From NCBI GenBank assembly GCA_035506195.1, contig DATJPV010000036.1, forward strand, positions 16,100 through 80,099: a DNA stretch of 64,000 nucleotides. The letters are read 5' to 3'. This document shows, piece by piece, positions 9,460-18,758 of the stretch. This DNA comes from Patescibacteria group bacterium. GTDB taxonomy: Bacteria; Omnitrophota; Gorgyraeia; Gygaellales; Profunditerraquicolaceae. Below the pieces are notes generated by a model. That model had not been told where the DNA came from, did not search any database, and saw only the letters and a program-made list of their open reading frames with translations. The position numbers were made by a program, and so were the translations under genes. Numbering within the stretch: the first letter of the stretch is position 1; the number at the start of each line of letters is the position of its first letter.

Positions 9460-10119
9460 TTGGCGGTATTCGTCATGGAAAAAGATAACTCGCAATTAGA
9501 ACTTTTTTCGCAGGTCAAAGGCGGCGGTTCTTTCAACAACTCGGCTCCCGCATCTTTCCTGAGTTATATCCGTGCCTACGAAAAAACGCTGCTGGTAATT
9601 ATCGGGTTCATCATTACCGGCGTTGTGGCGTTTTCTTTCGGCGTCGAAAAGGGCAGGAACTCGCAGACCGCGCCGACAGGCCAGTTGCTCGCGCTTCGGC
9701 CGGTGTCGCGTCAAACGCAGGCGCATCAGGTGGTGATGTCTCGGCAGGTACCGTACCAAGCGCCCGTGCCGCAAGTAGCGACACCTCGCCAAGTACCGTA
9801 CCAAACAACCGTACCGCAAGTAGCCACGGCTCAACCAGCCGCACCTCGACAAGTGCTGCATCAAGCGCCCGTGCCGCAAGTAGCCACGAGCCAGGCAGCC
9901 GTCGGCACGTACACTATCCAGCTGGGAAGCTTTCAGTCGAAAGAATACGCGCAGCTGGAGGCAAACGCGTTACGCAAAAGGGGGCTTTCGCCCATATTGT
10001 TATCCCAGGGTTCATATACCGTGCTATGTGTGGGAAAATTTGTCAGCAAGGACGCAGCCCAGTCTTTGCTCTCTGAACTTACAAAGCAATACAGAGGTTG
10101 CTATATCAGGAGGTTATAA
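9460..10119 (+). CDS. SPOR-domain protein (septal peptidoglycan binding) with Pro/Gln-rich tandem repeats
   Basis: An N-terminal TM helix, then repeats RQVPYQAPVPQVAT x3, then a C-terminal SPOR motif (YTIQLGSFQSKEYAQLEANALRKRG). Confidence 0.75.
   Translation: MAVFVMEKDNSQLELFSQVKGGGSFNNSAPASFLSYIRAYEKTLLVIIGFIITGVVAFSFGVEKGRNSQTAPTGQLLALRPVSRQTQAHQVVMSRQVPYQAPVPQVATPRQVPYQTTVPQVATAQPAAPRQVLHQAPVPQVATSQAAVGTYTIQLGSFQSKEYAQLEANALRKRGLSPILLSQGSYTVLCVGKFVSKDAAQSLLSELTKQYRGCYIRRL
9740..9900 (+). repeat. Imperfect ~45-60 bp coding tandem repeats inside the SPOR gene
   Basis: Three DNA copies of ...caagtaccgtaccaa...ccgtgccgcaagtagc... visible directly in the sequence. Confidence 0.7.
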
Positions 10120-10124
10120 ACGAT

Positions 10125-10412
10125 ATGTCTATTCACCCATCTTTAAACTCTTCAGATGCCGACAAGAAGCAGCGGTCAGTATTAAAACGGGCGGAACGCC
10201 TGCGTATGATGATGGATAAGAACCAATGGAAAGAAGGCGACGACGTATACGGCCTGCCGAAGATCAAGACGGTTAGAATCAAGATCAAGAAGGAAAAAGC
10301 AGCCGAAAAACCGGAAGCTGCCGCCGCCGAAGGCGCCGCTCCTGCCGCCGCAGCAGAAACAAAAGATCAGGCTGCCGCCAAGACCGCCGGAAAAGGACAG
10401 GAGAAAAAATAA
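10125..10412 (+). CDS. Small hypothetical protein with Lys/Glu/Ala-rich low-complexity tail
   Basis: GGAGG 9 nt upstream of the ATG at 10125. C-terminal AAAEGAAPAAAAETKDQAAAKTAGKGQEKK. No recognisable domain. Confidence 0.4.
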   Translation: MSIHPSLNSSDADKKQRSVLKRAERLRMMMDKNQWKEGDDVYGLPKIKTVRIKIKKEKAAEKPEAAAAEGAAPAAAAETKDQAAAKTAGKGQEKK

Positions 10413-10414
10413 TT

Positions 10415-11209
10415 TTGATGTCCTTATTGCCTCGAATATCTCTTGCAGTGCTGGCCGTATCCCTGGGGATATGCGCCCATTACGGGGCGCTGTCCGCCCA
10501 AGAAACCAAGTTTCAATACGAAGTCAACACGGACGGCATCAATATCCGTTGCGACTCTACCGTTACTTCTGCGGTAGTGTGTAACCTCAAAAGAGGGGAA
10601 ACACTCGATGTGGTTTCCGAGGCTTACGGCTGGTATAAGGTACGCCTGCCGGCCCATGCCCCGGCCTTTATCCACAAAAGCATGGTTACCCTTGCGGCGG
10701 ATAATCAGTCCGCGACGGTCGTTAAAGACAACGTCAATATCCGCCTGGGGCCGGTCGCATCCTCGGCCGTCCTGGGTAAGGTCCACAGAGACAAGACGGT
10801 GGTCATTACCGCAGATCAGGGCGACTGGTATGGTATACAACCTCCGTCCACTGCGTACGGTTGGGTCAATAAAAAATTCGTCAGCAAGACGATCAAATTC
10901 GCTGCGCCTCCTGCCGCATCTGCCGTGCCTTCCGTAGCTGCCGTGCCGCCGCAAGCTCAAGCCCCCTCTACCGCGCAACCGGAGACCCTTCAGCAGGAGG
11001 GGGTCATCAAGCCATACGGATTCTTTTTCAAAGGGCCGTTTACGCACAAGTTGCTGACCGCCGATAACCGCGTTTTCCTGCTGAAGGCAGACGCTAAGGT
11101 CCTTGATTCCCTGAATAACCGCAAAGTAAAACTCACGGGCGTTATTGTCCGTTCGGAAAAGCAAAAATATCCGGTTTTAGAGATCCGCGGAATAGAGGAG
11201 CTTCAGTGA
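10415..11209 (+). CDS. Secreted protein with two bacterial SH3 (SH3b)-like domains
   Basis: Signal peptide, then two repeats of the SH3b pattern (NIRCDSTVTSAVVCNLKRGETLDVV...GWYKV and NIRLGPVASSAVLGKVHRDKTVVI...DWYGI). Confidence 0.6.
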   Translation: MMSLLPRISLAVLAVSLGICAHYGALSAQETKFQYEVNTDGINIRCDSTVTSAVVCNLKRGETLDVVSEAYGWYKVRLPAHAPAFIHKSMVTLAADNQSATVVKDNVNIRLGPVASSAVLGKVHRDKTVVITADQGDWYGIQPPSTAYGWVNKKFVSKTIKFAAPPAASAVPSVAAVPPQAQAPSTAQPETLQQEGVIKPYGFFFKGPFTHKLLTADNRVFLLKADAKVLDSLNNRKVKLTGVIVRSEKQKYPVLEIRGIEELQ

Positions 11210-11829
11210 GCATTGACATAGTCAGCCTCCTCATATCGTTTGGGCTGTTGCTGGTGGCCATGAGCGTGCATGAATGCGCTCACGGATGGGTGGCGTACAA
11301 GTTAGGAGATACGACTGCCAAGAATTCAGGCAGGCTTACCCTGAACCCCCTGGCGCACATCGACCCTGTCGGGACGGTTATCCTGCCGCTTATACTTTTC
11401 ATCACCACCCGGGGCCAGTTCGTGTTTGGAGCGGCAAAACCCGTCCCCATTAACTACATGGCTTTAAAGAACCCCAAGCGGGATATCATCTGGATTGGCT
11501 TAAGCGGCCCTTTGGCCAACCTGCTTTTTGCATTGGTCTTAAGCCTGCTCTGGCGCCTGGTGCCGGTGTATCCGATCACGGATTTTATCTTCGGGTACCT
11601 GATCTCGATCAATGCCATTTTAGGGGTTTTTAACCTGGTCCCTATACCTCCCCTGGATGGTTCGCGGATAGTCATGGGCGTATTGCCCGGGAAGCTGGCG
11701 TATCGCTATGCCTCCGTCGAGCCGTACGGCTTCATGATCGTTATTGTCCTTATTGCCCTAGGCATGTTCAACATTATGGTTGAGCCCATGGTCAGGTTCA
11801 TATTAAGCTGGCTGGTGCCGGCCGCATAA
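11206..11829 (+). CDS. Site-2 protease family zinc metalloprotease (M50)
   Basis: HECAHGWVAYKLGD (HExxH) within a multi-TM protein; an LDG motif later in the sequence. Confidence 0.8.
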   Translation: MSIDIVSLLISFGLLLVAMSVHECAHGWVAYKLGDTTAKNSGRLTLNPLAHIDPVGTVILPLILFITTRGQFVFGAAKPVPINYMALKNPKRDIIWIGLSGPLANLLFALVLSLLWRLVPVYPITDFIFGYLISINAILGVFNLVPIPPLDGSRIVMGVLPGKLAYRYASVEPYGFMIVIVLIALGMFNIMVEPMVRFILSWLVPAA

Positions 11830-11845
11830 CAGTTTCTTTTACCGC

Positions 11846-12931
11846 ATGAAAATCGTAAAAGTCGATTTAAAAGACAGATCGTACCAGGTCCTTATCGGCA
11901 GCCATGTCCTTGATCGCGCAGGCGCGCATATCCGCCGTCTGGGAGCGGGCAAGGATGCCTACGTGATTACGAATGCCCTTGTCTATAAGGCATATGGACG
12001 CCTTCTGCATAAGGCTCTCGTTTGCGAGGGGCTATCAGCAAAGTTCAAGTGCATCCCGGATACCGAAAAAAGCAAATCCTTGAAACTGGCTACTGCCTTG
12101 CTTGAAGATATCGCCCGCTACGATAAGAAGCGCCAGTTGTGTATCGTTGCATTTGGCGGCGGAGTGGTCGGTGACGTGGCGGGTTTCGTAGCTTCGATTT
12201 ACAAGCGCGGGGTCCCTTATGTGCAGGCCCCCACGACGCTCCTGGCGCAGGTCGATTCCGCCATCGGCGGAAAAACCGCAGTCGACCTTGCCTGCGGCAA
12301 GAATCTGGTAGGCGCGTTCTATCAGCCTCGCCTCGTCATCTGCGATGTCGCGCTCCTGGAAAGCCTGCCGGCGGTGCAGCTGGCAAGCGGAATGGCGGAG
12401 GTAATCAAGTATGCGGCCATTAAAGACAAAGGGTTGTTCGGCTATTTGGAAAAGAACCTCAGCCGCATTCTGGACCGCGATCCCGGTGCCTTGGCGCACG
12501 TCGTAACCCGCTGCGCCCTGATCAAGGCGCGTATTGTTTCCGTAGACGAAAGGGAGGAGAAAGGGCTGCGTACGATCTTGAATTTCGGGCACACTATCGG
12601 CCATGCCATCGAGACGGCCGGAGGCTATGCAGGCCACAACCACGGCCAGGCAGTGGCGCTGGGGATGCTTGTCGCCTGCGCGATCAGCCGGCAGTTGCGC
12701 CTGCTTGACGGATCCGCAGCGCGCAGGGTCGAAAGCCTTATCCGCAAGGCTGGGCTACCCGTTGGTATAGGTAAGATCCCCCTGGCCGGCATCATCAACG
12801 CGCATTATCATGACAAAAAATTTACGGGAGCCCGCAACAGGTTCGTGCTACTGAAAGCTATCGGGGCTGCCGTGGTCCGCCGGGACATTCCTCTGGGATT
12901 GATACGTCAGGCAGTTAAAGGCAGGTTGTAA
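11846..12931 (+). CDS. aroB: 3-dehydroquinate synthase
   Basis: GGGVVGDVAGFVAS glycine-rich NAD motif and the overall DHQ synthase signature. Confidence 0.9.
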   Translation: MKIVKVDLKDRSYQVLIGSHVLDRAGAHIRRLGAGKDAYVITNALVYKAYGRLLHKALVCEGLSAKFKCIPDTEKSKSLKLATALLEDIARYDKKRQLCIVAFGGGVVGDVAGFVASIYKRGVPYVQAPTTLLAQVDSAIGGKTAVDLACGKNLVGAFYQPRLVICDVALLESLPAVQLASGMAEVIKYAAIKDKGLFGYLEKNLSRILDRDPGALAHVVTRCALIKARIVSVDEREEKGLRTILNFGHTIGHAIETAGGYAGHNHGQAVALGMLVACAISRQLRLLDGSAARRVESLIRKAGLPVGIGKIPLAGIINAHYHDKKFTGARNRFVLLKAIGAAVVRRDIPLGLIRQAVKGRL

Positions 12932-12934
12932 CGG

Positions 12935-13399
12935 CTATTTCTTGAGCGTAAGCTTGAGGGGTTTTCCTTCCACTTCTAATTCCACTCCATCTTTTACCAC
13001 CGCAGTTACCTTTGCATTCTCGATCGTGTCGCCTTCTTTTACTATTTGATTATTGATCAAGGCGTAACCGTCCTGGTCGGAAAAGAAGACCCCGTTAAGG
13101 ACCAGGTTTGGCCTGGCGGCAGATGGCGCAGTCGCAGGCGCGGCCACAACCGCGGCTGCGGGCGCGGCTACAGCCGCGGGGGCCCGGTTATGCGCCGCGG
13201 CGGCAATGGCCGCGGTCTTCGGCGGCTTCAACCTTGCCAGGGCCTTGACGGAGAGCGTCGAGATCAGGCCGGCCAGAAAGAATCCGCATAGCGCCACGGA
13301 CGCAAACAGCATGTAGAGCCATATTTTGCGCCCGGCAGTTACGTGAGGGGGCACAACTTTTTTTTCGACCTTTCGCAAGGCGTCGTATATAATGCTCAT
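12935..13399 (-). CDS. gspB: GspB-like general secretion pathway protein (ExeB analog)
   Basis: Characteristic GspB N-terminus MSIIYDALRK, a TM helix, an Ala-rich linker, and a small C-terminal beta domain. Overlaps the stop of the gspA-like gene. Confidence 0.6.
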   Translation of the reverse strand: MSIIYDALRKVEKKVVPPHVTAGRKIWLYMLFASVALCGFFLAGLISTLSVKALARLKPPKTAAIAAAAHNRAPAAVAAPAAAVVAAPATAPSAARPNLVLNGVFFSDQDGYALINNQIVKEGDTIENAKVTAVVKDGVELEVEGKPLKLTLKK

Positions 13400-14196
13400 T
13401 GCAGCTCCTGGAGGGATTTCTTGACCAGCGCCTGGTCGATGGTGTTGGTTTCCGCATTGAAGCCGGCCAAAAGCGCCCGGTCGCAGATAATATTGATCAT
13501 ACGGGGGATGCCGGCCGAAGAATCCGAGATTAGGGTGATCGCCTCATCGGTGAAATGCACCCTGCCGTTGGCTCCCGCGGTCTTGAGCCGGTGCATGATG
13601 TATTCCTGGATCTCTTCCCGCGCAAGCTGTGTCACGTGGTACTTTACCGCGATCCTCTGCCGCAGCTGCCGCAAGCTGGGCAGCTCCAGTTTCGCGTTGA
13701 GTTCCGGCTGGCCTACCAGTATGATCTGGATCAGTTTGTCTTTTTCCGTCTCCAGGTTCGACAGGAGGCGGACCTGTTCCAGTTGGGCGGCTTCCAGGTT
13801 CTGCGCCTCATCGATGATCAAGACGACGTTATTACCGAATGCCGAGCGCCGGATCAAAAAACGGTTCAATTCCCAGATAAAAGAGAACCTGCTTTTTTGT
13901 TTTGGCCGGATCCCGAAGTCCCGGACGATGGCCTCCAGTAATTCGATGTCGGAAAAGTTAGGGTTCAGGATAAAAGCGGTCCTGACGTCATCCTGCAGAT
14001 GCTTCAGGAAGAACCGGCAGAGCGTAGTCTTGCCCGTGCCGATCTCTCCGGTAATAACGATGATTCCTTTTCTTTCTTTGACCCCGTATACCAGGTGCGA
14101 AAGGGCTTCTTGGTGCCTGCGGCTGAGGAAAAAGAAGGAAGGGTCGGCGGTGATACTGAACGGTCTTTCTTTTAATCCGTAAAACTGGCAATACAT
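13396..14196 (-). CDS. gspA: GspA/ExeA-like AAA ATPase
   Basis: MYCQFYGLKERPFSIT start typical of ExeA, P-loop GEIGTGKTTL, DEAQ Walker B. The ORF extends to 14253, but a start at 14196 fits the family N-terminus and leaves room for the divergent promoter. Confidence 0.8.
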   Translation of the reverse strand: MYCQFYGLKERPFSITADPSFFFLSRRHQEALSHLVYGVKERKGIIVITGEIGTGKTTLCRFFLKHLQDDVRTAFILNPNFSDIELLEAIVRDFGIRPKQKSRFSFIWELNRFLIRRSAFGNNVVLIIDEAQNLEAAQLEQVRLLSNLETEKDKLIQIILVGQPELNAKLELPSLRQLRQRIAVKYHVTQLAREEIQEYIMHRLKTAGANGRVHFTDEAITLISDSSAGIPRMINIICDRALLAGFNAETNTIDQALVKKSLQELQ

Positions 14197-14237
14197 GGCA
14201 TTTTTATTATAGCAAAAAAGGTTATTTTGTAAAGTAT

Positions 14238-14266
14238 TTGACATCCAGGTCAATATATGTTATAGT
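14238..14266 (+). promoter_or_regulatory. Putative sigma70 promoter for the PilZ operon
   Basis: TTGACA (14238-14243), 17-nt spacer, TATAGT (14261-14266). Confidence 0.5.
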
Positions 14267-14283
14267 TTGCAAGCAAGAGGTAA

Positions 14284-14661
14284 ATGCCACGGTGCCTCAT
14301 GATCAAAGAGGCCGGAATGGTGTTTATAATGGACGAAAAGCGGCGCTTCCCGCGAGTCAGGCTGCAGTCGCCCCTGCGCTACCAGATCCTGGGCAGGCCT
14401 GAAGCCAGAAGTGCAGTCACTAGCAATATCAGCCTCGGTGGCGTTGGTTTCACGGACTCTAGCTTTATCCCCCCATTAAGCACCCTGCAATTAGAGATAG
14501 GTTTCTTATCCTGTATGGTGTCTGCCCGTGGCAGGGTAGCCTGGGCCGCACCCTTACCGCACTCCGACCGCTACCGGCTGGGGATCGAATTTACGGGATT
14601 GGCCGAAAAAGATAAAGAGTGCCTTGCGGATTACATCGGCTTACAGATGGCAGAGGCCTAA
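14284..14661 (+). CDS. PilZ-domain protein (c-di-GMP receptor)
   Basis: RRFPRVRL...LGGVGF PilZ motifs. Confidence 0.7.
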   Translation: MPRCLMIKEAGMVFIMDEKRRFPRVRLQSPLRYQILGRPEARSAVTSNISLGGVGFTDSSFIPPLSTLQLEIGFLSCMVSARGRVAWAAPLPHSDRYRLGIEFTGLAEKDKECLADYIGLQMAEA

Positions 14662-14683
14662 AGTTAAAGAAAGGAAAAGATAA

Positions 14684-14862
14684 TGGTACCGGAAGCAACT
14701 CAAGCACCAGCGCAGGCGCCGGCAGAAAAACAGACCAATTGCCCGGCCTGCAATAAGCCGCTCAAAAGGATCAAACGGTATTATCGCAACGGGAAATTCT
14801 ACTGCACCAAGAAGTGCTGGAAACAGGCGCTCAAGCCCAAAGCGGAAGAGGCCCAGAAATGA
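14684..14862 (+). CDS. Small zinc-ribbon protein (59 aa), YacG-like CPxC...CxxxC
   Basis: Not in the ORF track (under 60 aa). Has a ribosome-binding site, an NCPACNKP...FYCTKKCW motif, and a stop that overlaps the next PilZ start (ATGA at 14859-14862). Confidence 0.5.
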
Positions 14863-15215
14863 AAAAGCACCCCAAGATCGAACGCAGGCTGCACCCCCGC
14901 GTTGAAAAAACATTGCCGTTGAATATCGTCGCCAACGGCTATGACCTGGAAACTACCACCAAAAACGTCTCTTGCGTGGGCGCGTATTGCCATATCAATA
15001 AGTACATTCCCCCTTTTACCAAGATCGCAGTACGGCTTATCTTGCCTATCACCCGCGGCCTGACCCGCAAGACCTATGATGTTGAGTGCAGGGGCGTGGT
15101 GGTAAGGACCGAAGATCAGACCGACGGCGGTTTTAACGTCGCCATATTCTTTAACGGCATCAAGGACGCCCAGCGTCAAAGAATATCCCAGTATATACAT
15201 CAGTTCTTGCCGTAG
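14859..15215 (+). CDS. PilZ-domain protein
   Basis: ERRLHPRVEK...NVSCVGAY PilZ-like motifs. A start at 14859 is favoured over 14814 because of the ATGA coupling. Confidence 0.7.
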   Translation: MKKHPKIERRLHPRVEKTLPLNIVANGYDLETTTKNVSCVGAYCHINKYIPPFTKIAVRLILPITRGLTRKTYDVECRGVVVRTEDQTDGGFNVAIFFNGIKDAQRQRISQYIHQFLP

Positions 15216-15229
15216 TCTTCCGCGCCTAG

Positions 15230-15763
15230 ATGGGAAAAATAGTACAGCGCCTACCGGTTAAACTCTTTACAGGCTTGATCTTCCAGGACAGCGCAATCTT
15301 CGAACAGGCCAAGGCTGTTTTAGCCAGGCATTTTGGCAGGATCGACCTTCAAAGCAGTATACTCCCCTTTATACACACCGACTATTACGAAAAAGAATTC
15401 GGTACCGGCCTTAAGAGGGCGTTTGTAAGTTTCGCCCGCCTTATCCCCGCCGAGGAGCTTAGCCGCATCAAGGTTAAAACCAACCAGATCGAACGCAAGT
15501 TCTGCCGCGCCGAGTCGCGCCGCATCAATATCGACCCCGGCTACCTGGACCTGGGCAAGCTTGTCCTTGCTTCTACCAAAGATCACGGGCACCGCATATA
15601 TCTTGGCCGCGGCATCTATGCGGAGGTAACCCTTTTTTTTCAGGATAAGACATTTCAGCCCTGGCCATGGACGTATCCGGACTATAAGACCGCCGGCTAC
15701 ATCGCCGTCTTAAACCAGATGCGCGCCTGCTATGCCGGTCAGATCAAAACGCGGAGCCGCTGA
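15230..15763 (+). CDS. Hypothetical protein (possibly DUF4416-like)
   Basis: Conserved-looking 177-aa ORF with no catalytic motif recognised. Confidence 0.45.
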   Translation: MGKIVQRLPVKLFTGLIFQDSAIFEQAKAVLARHFGRIDLQSSILPFIHTDYYEKEFGTGLKRAFVSFARLIPAEELSRIKVKTNQIERKFCRAESRRINIDPGYLDLGKLVLASTKDHGHRIYLGRGIYAEVTLFFQDKTFQPWPWTYPDYKTAGYIAVLNQMRACYAGQIKTRSR

Positions 15764-15769
15764 CCCCTT

Positions 15770-16738
15770 ATGTATCCTTCTTATCTGGATGCCCATCGGG
15801 ACGGGAGCTTAGCTAAAGTTGCCGAAGAGGCGCACAGGATACTGAAATCGTGCGCGCTTTGCCCCCGGCGCTGCGGGGTAAACCGCCTCAACAACGAGGT
15901 TGGTTTCTGCAAGACCGGCTCCAAGGCCAGGGTGTATAACTGTATCAGCCACCATGGCGAAGAGCCTCCCATATCGGGCACGCGCGGGTCAGGCGCTATA
16001 TTTTTTTCCGGCTGCACCATGGGCTGCGTGTACTGTCAGAATTACGAGTTCAGCCAGTTCGAGCGGGGAACAGAGATGACGGACCAAGAGCTTGCGGACA
16101 GCATGATCTGCCTGCAGGAAGCCGGCTGCCATAATATCAATTTGGTCACTCCTACGCACCTGCTCCCGCAGATCCTTGCGGCACTCTGCCTTGCTATACC
16201 CAAGGGGCTCAATATCCCCCTAGTATATAATACCTCCGGGTATGAATTGCCGGCAATGGTCAAGATGCTGGCAGGCATAGTGGATGTGTATCTGCCTGAT
16301 ATGCGCTACGCCGACGCCGAAAGCGCGGCCCGCTATTCCGCCTGCGACGATTATCCGGCTTATAACCAGGAGGCGGTACGCCAGATGCATCTACAGGTAG
16401 GAATCCCGGTGTTTGACGAGCCCGGGATCATCCGCCGAGGCCTGATTATTCGGCACCTTGTCTTGCCCAACGCCATCTCCGGGACCGAGAAGATTGCGCA
16501 GTTCATTTCCCGGGAGCTTTCCAGCGACACATACATCAGCTTAATGAGCCAGTATTTTCCCTGTTATAAGGCGCATGAGTTTACACAGATCTGCCGGCGC
16601 CTGAGCAGCCGGGAATACCGGCAGGCCAGAGATATCCTGGAAAAGTATGATTTACATAACGGCTGGTTTCAGGACGGCAGGGGGCTTCTTAGGTTCGTCG
16701 GGACCAGGATCAAACCCGCATGCAAGGATAAGCCATGA
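15770..16738 (+). CDS. Radical SAM protein, PflX-type (pyruvate formate-lyase activase homolog, COG1313-like)
   Basis: Radical SAM CxxxCxxC (GCTMGCVYCQN) plus an extra N-terminal Cys cluster (CPRRCGVN...C). Confidence 0.75.
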   Translation: MYPSYLDAHRDGSLAKVAEEAHRILKSCALCPRRCGVNRLNNEVGFCKTGSKARVYNCISHHGEEPPISGTRGSGAIFFSGCTMGCVYCQNYEFSQFERGTEMTDQELADSMICLQEAGCHNINLVTPTHLLPQILAALCLAIPKGLNIPLVYNTSGYELPAMVKMLAGIVDVYLPDMRYADAESAARYSACDDYPAYNQEAVRQMHLQVGIPVFDEPGIIRRGLIIRHLVLPNAISGTEKIAQFISRELSSDTYISLMSQYFPCYKAHEFTQICRRLSSREYRQARDILEKYDLHNGWFQDGRGLLRFVGTRIKPACKDKP

Positions 16739-18282
16739 CGGTGCACACGCTCCCCGAGATGCTGCGGCATAGCGCCGCGAAACATCCGAAACGGATCGCG
16801 GTCGTTTTCGGGCAAAAGCGGATCAGCTATCGACAGCTCGATGAGGCGACCGAAGCGCTTGCGCGGGGCCTCGTACATGAAGGCATACGCCCGCAGGATA
16901 AAGTCGCGCTCTTCCTGGATAATTGCCCGGAATTCGTTATCGGCTATTTTGCGGTCCTTAAAGCAGCTGCGGTGGTCGTTCCGATCAATTACATGTTCAA
17001 AATAGAAGAGAGCAGGTTTATCCTTGAAGACAGCCAGGCTTCCTGCCTGATTACGGCGCGACCTTATGTCGAGATGGCCGAAGAATTGCTGGTGCGGGTG
17101 CCTACCCTGAATAAAGTTATTACGACGACTGCCGTCCGGCACGATATCCCTGATTTCGAGCGGATCAGGCAGGAAGGCTCGGCTGCGGTGCGCTGGCCGT
17201 CGGTACATCCGCAGGAATTGGCGGTGATCCTGTATACCTCCGGCACTACGGGCCATCCTAAAGGGGCGATGCTGTCACACTACAACCTTATCTCCAACGC
17301 CCGCGACGCTTCCACGGCTATCCGCGTAAACCACCGGGATACCTTTATTTGTTTTCTGCCGTTGTTCCATTCTTTCGCTGCGACCGTCTGCATGAACCTG
17401 CCCTTTTTCATCGGCGCGCGCACGGTGGTGATGAAATCGGTCAGGCCCTTTAAGCGCCTCATCCGCAGCGTGCGCAGGAACAAGGTCACCATTTTTGTCG
17501 GTATCCCTTCGGTGTACACTATCCTGAAGGATACCAAGCTTCCCGGCTTCTTGCGGACCCCCCTGATCAAGCTGTTCAATCCGGTGCGGGTCTGCGTTTC
17601 CGGAGCTGCGGCCCTGCCTTCGGAGACGTTCCGCGGTTTCGAAAAAAAATTCCGTGTTCCTCTTATCGAAGGCTACGGCTTGACCGAGGCATCTCCCGTG
17701 GTCACGATCAACCCGGTACGCGGCCCCCGAAAACCCGGATCGATAGGCTTGAGCCTTTCCCGGTCCATCGAGGCGAAGGTAGTGGATGAGAAAGGCGGGG
17801 CATTGGGTCCGGAAGACATCGGAGAGCTCATCGTGCGCGGGCCTAACGTTATGAAAGGCTACTATCGCCATAGCGAGGCGACCGCAGAGACCGTCAAGGA
17901 GGGTTGGCTGTATACGGGGGATATGGCCAAGTTCGACCGGGACGGGTTCTTTTACATCGTGGGCAGGAAGAAAGAAATGATCAACGTGCGGGGCTTAAAT
18001 GTCTATCCGCGCGAAATAGAAGAAGTACTGTATCAGAATCAGAAGATAAAGGAGGCGGCGGTTATCGGCCTGCCGGACCCGCATAAAGGAGAGGTCCCCA
18101 AAGGGTTTGTGGTCCTTAAAGCCGAAGAAGCTGCATCCGAACAGGAGATCATCCATTATCTGCGCGAGCGGCTTGCCCCCTACAAGATACCCAGATATAT
18201 AGAATTCAGAAGTTCCCTTCCGAAAAACGCCGCCGGCAAGATCCTTAAGCGCCTACTCCTGGAAGAAGAGGCGCGGCGATGA
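16735..18282 (+). CDS. Long-chain fatty acid--CoA ligase (AMP-binding)
   Basis: AMP-binding motif ILYTSGTTGHPKGAMLSH and a C-terminal PKNAAGKILKR lysine motif. Confidence 0.85.
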   Translation: MTVHTLPEMLRHSAAKHPKRIAVVFGQKRISYRQLDEATEALARGLVHEGIRPQDKVALFLDNCPEFVIGYFAVLKAAAVVVPINYMFKIEESRFILEDSQASCLITARPYVEMAEELLVRVPTLNKVITTTAVRHDIPDFERIRQEGSAAVRWPSVHPQELAVILYTSGTTGHPKGAMLSHYNLISNARDASTAIRVNHRDTFICFLPLFHSFAATVCMNLPFFIGARTVVMKSVRPFKRLIRSVRRNKVTIFVGIPSVYTILKDTKLPGFLRTPLIKLFNPVRVCVSGAAALPSETFRGFEKKFRVPLIEGYGLTEASPVVTINPVRGPRKPGSIGLSLSRSIEAKVVDEKGGALGPEDIGELIVRGPNVMKGYYRHSEATAETVKEGWLYTGDMAKFDRDGFFYIVGRKKEMINVRGLNVYPREIEEVLYQNQKIKEAAVIGLPDPHKGEVPKGFVVLKAEEAASEQEIIHYLRERLAPYKIPRYIEFRSSLPKNAAGKILKRLLLEEEARR

Positions 18283-18758
18283 AGAAATTCCTGATAAAGG
18301 TGCGGCAAGAGTTCCTTAGTCTCTTTACGCTCAATGATTCGCCGCACCGGATAGCCTTGGGCGCCGGCATAGGCGTATTCCTGGGCATCCTTCCGGGGAC
18401 AGGGCCTCTGGCGGCATTGTGTGTGGCGCTCTTTGTGCCGGTGAACCGCGCCGCCTTGCTGGCAGGGGTATTTCTTACGAATACCTGGCTGACCGTGGCC
18501 ACTTTTTTCTTGTCAATCAAGGTAGGTTCGGCTATAATGAGCCTCAATTGGCAGGATGTCGCCAACAACTGGGTCGTATTCCTGCGGGATTTTCGGCTGG
18601 CGGACCTGCTTAAGATCTCCTGCCTGAAGATAGTTCTTCCGTTGGCGTTGGGTTTTTTGCTGGTAGGTTTAACGGCGGGATTTTTGGTGTACGTGCTGAT
18701 CTTGGCGGCTTTTTGGATGCGCAGTATGAGGCCGCGGGAAAAAAGGGAGCGTGCCTAA
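18279..18758 (+). CDS. DUF2062-like membrane protein
   Basis: Small polytopic membrane protein, coupled to the acyl-CoA ligase by overlapping stop/start. Confidence 0.55.
   Translation: MKKFLIKVRQEFLSLFTLNDSPHRIALGAGIGVFLGILPGTGPLAALCVALFVPVNRAALLAGVFLTNTWLTVATFFLSIKVGSAIMSLNWQDVANNWVVFLRDFRLADLLKISCLKIVLPLALGFLLVGLTAGFLVYVLILAAFWMRSMRPREKRERA

Noticed and set aside
9740-9900. Possible CRISPR-like repeats
   Set aside because: The repeats are in-frame coding repeats of the SPOR protein linker, with variable unit length, no spacer structure and no cas genes.
13343-14182. 279-aa plus-strand ORF
   Set aside because: Antisense to the ExeA/GspA-like ATPase, which has clear Walker motifs. Ser/Arg/Cys-rich and not protein-like.
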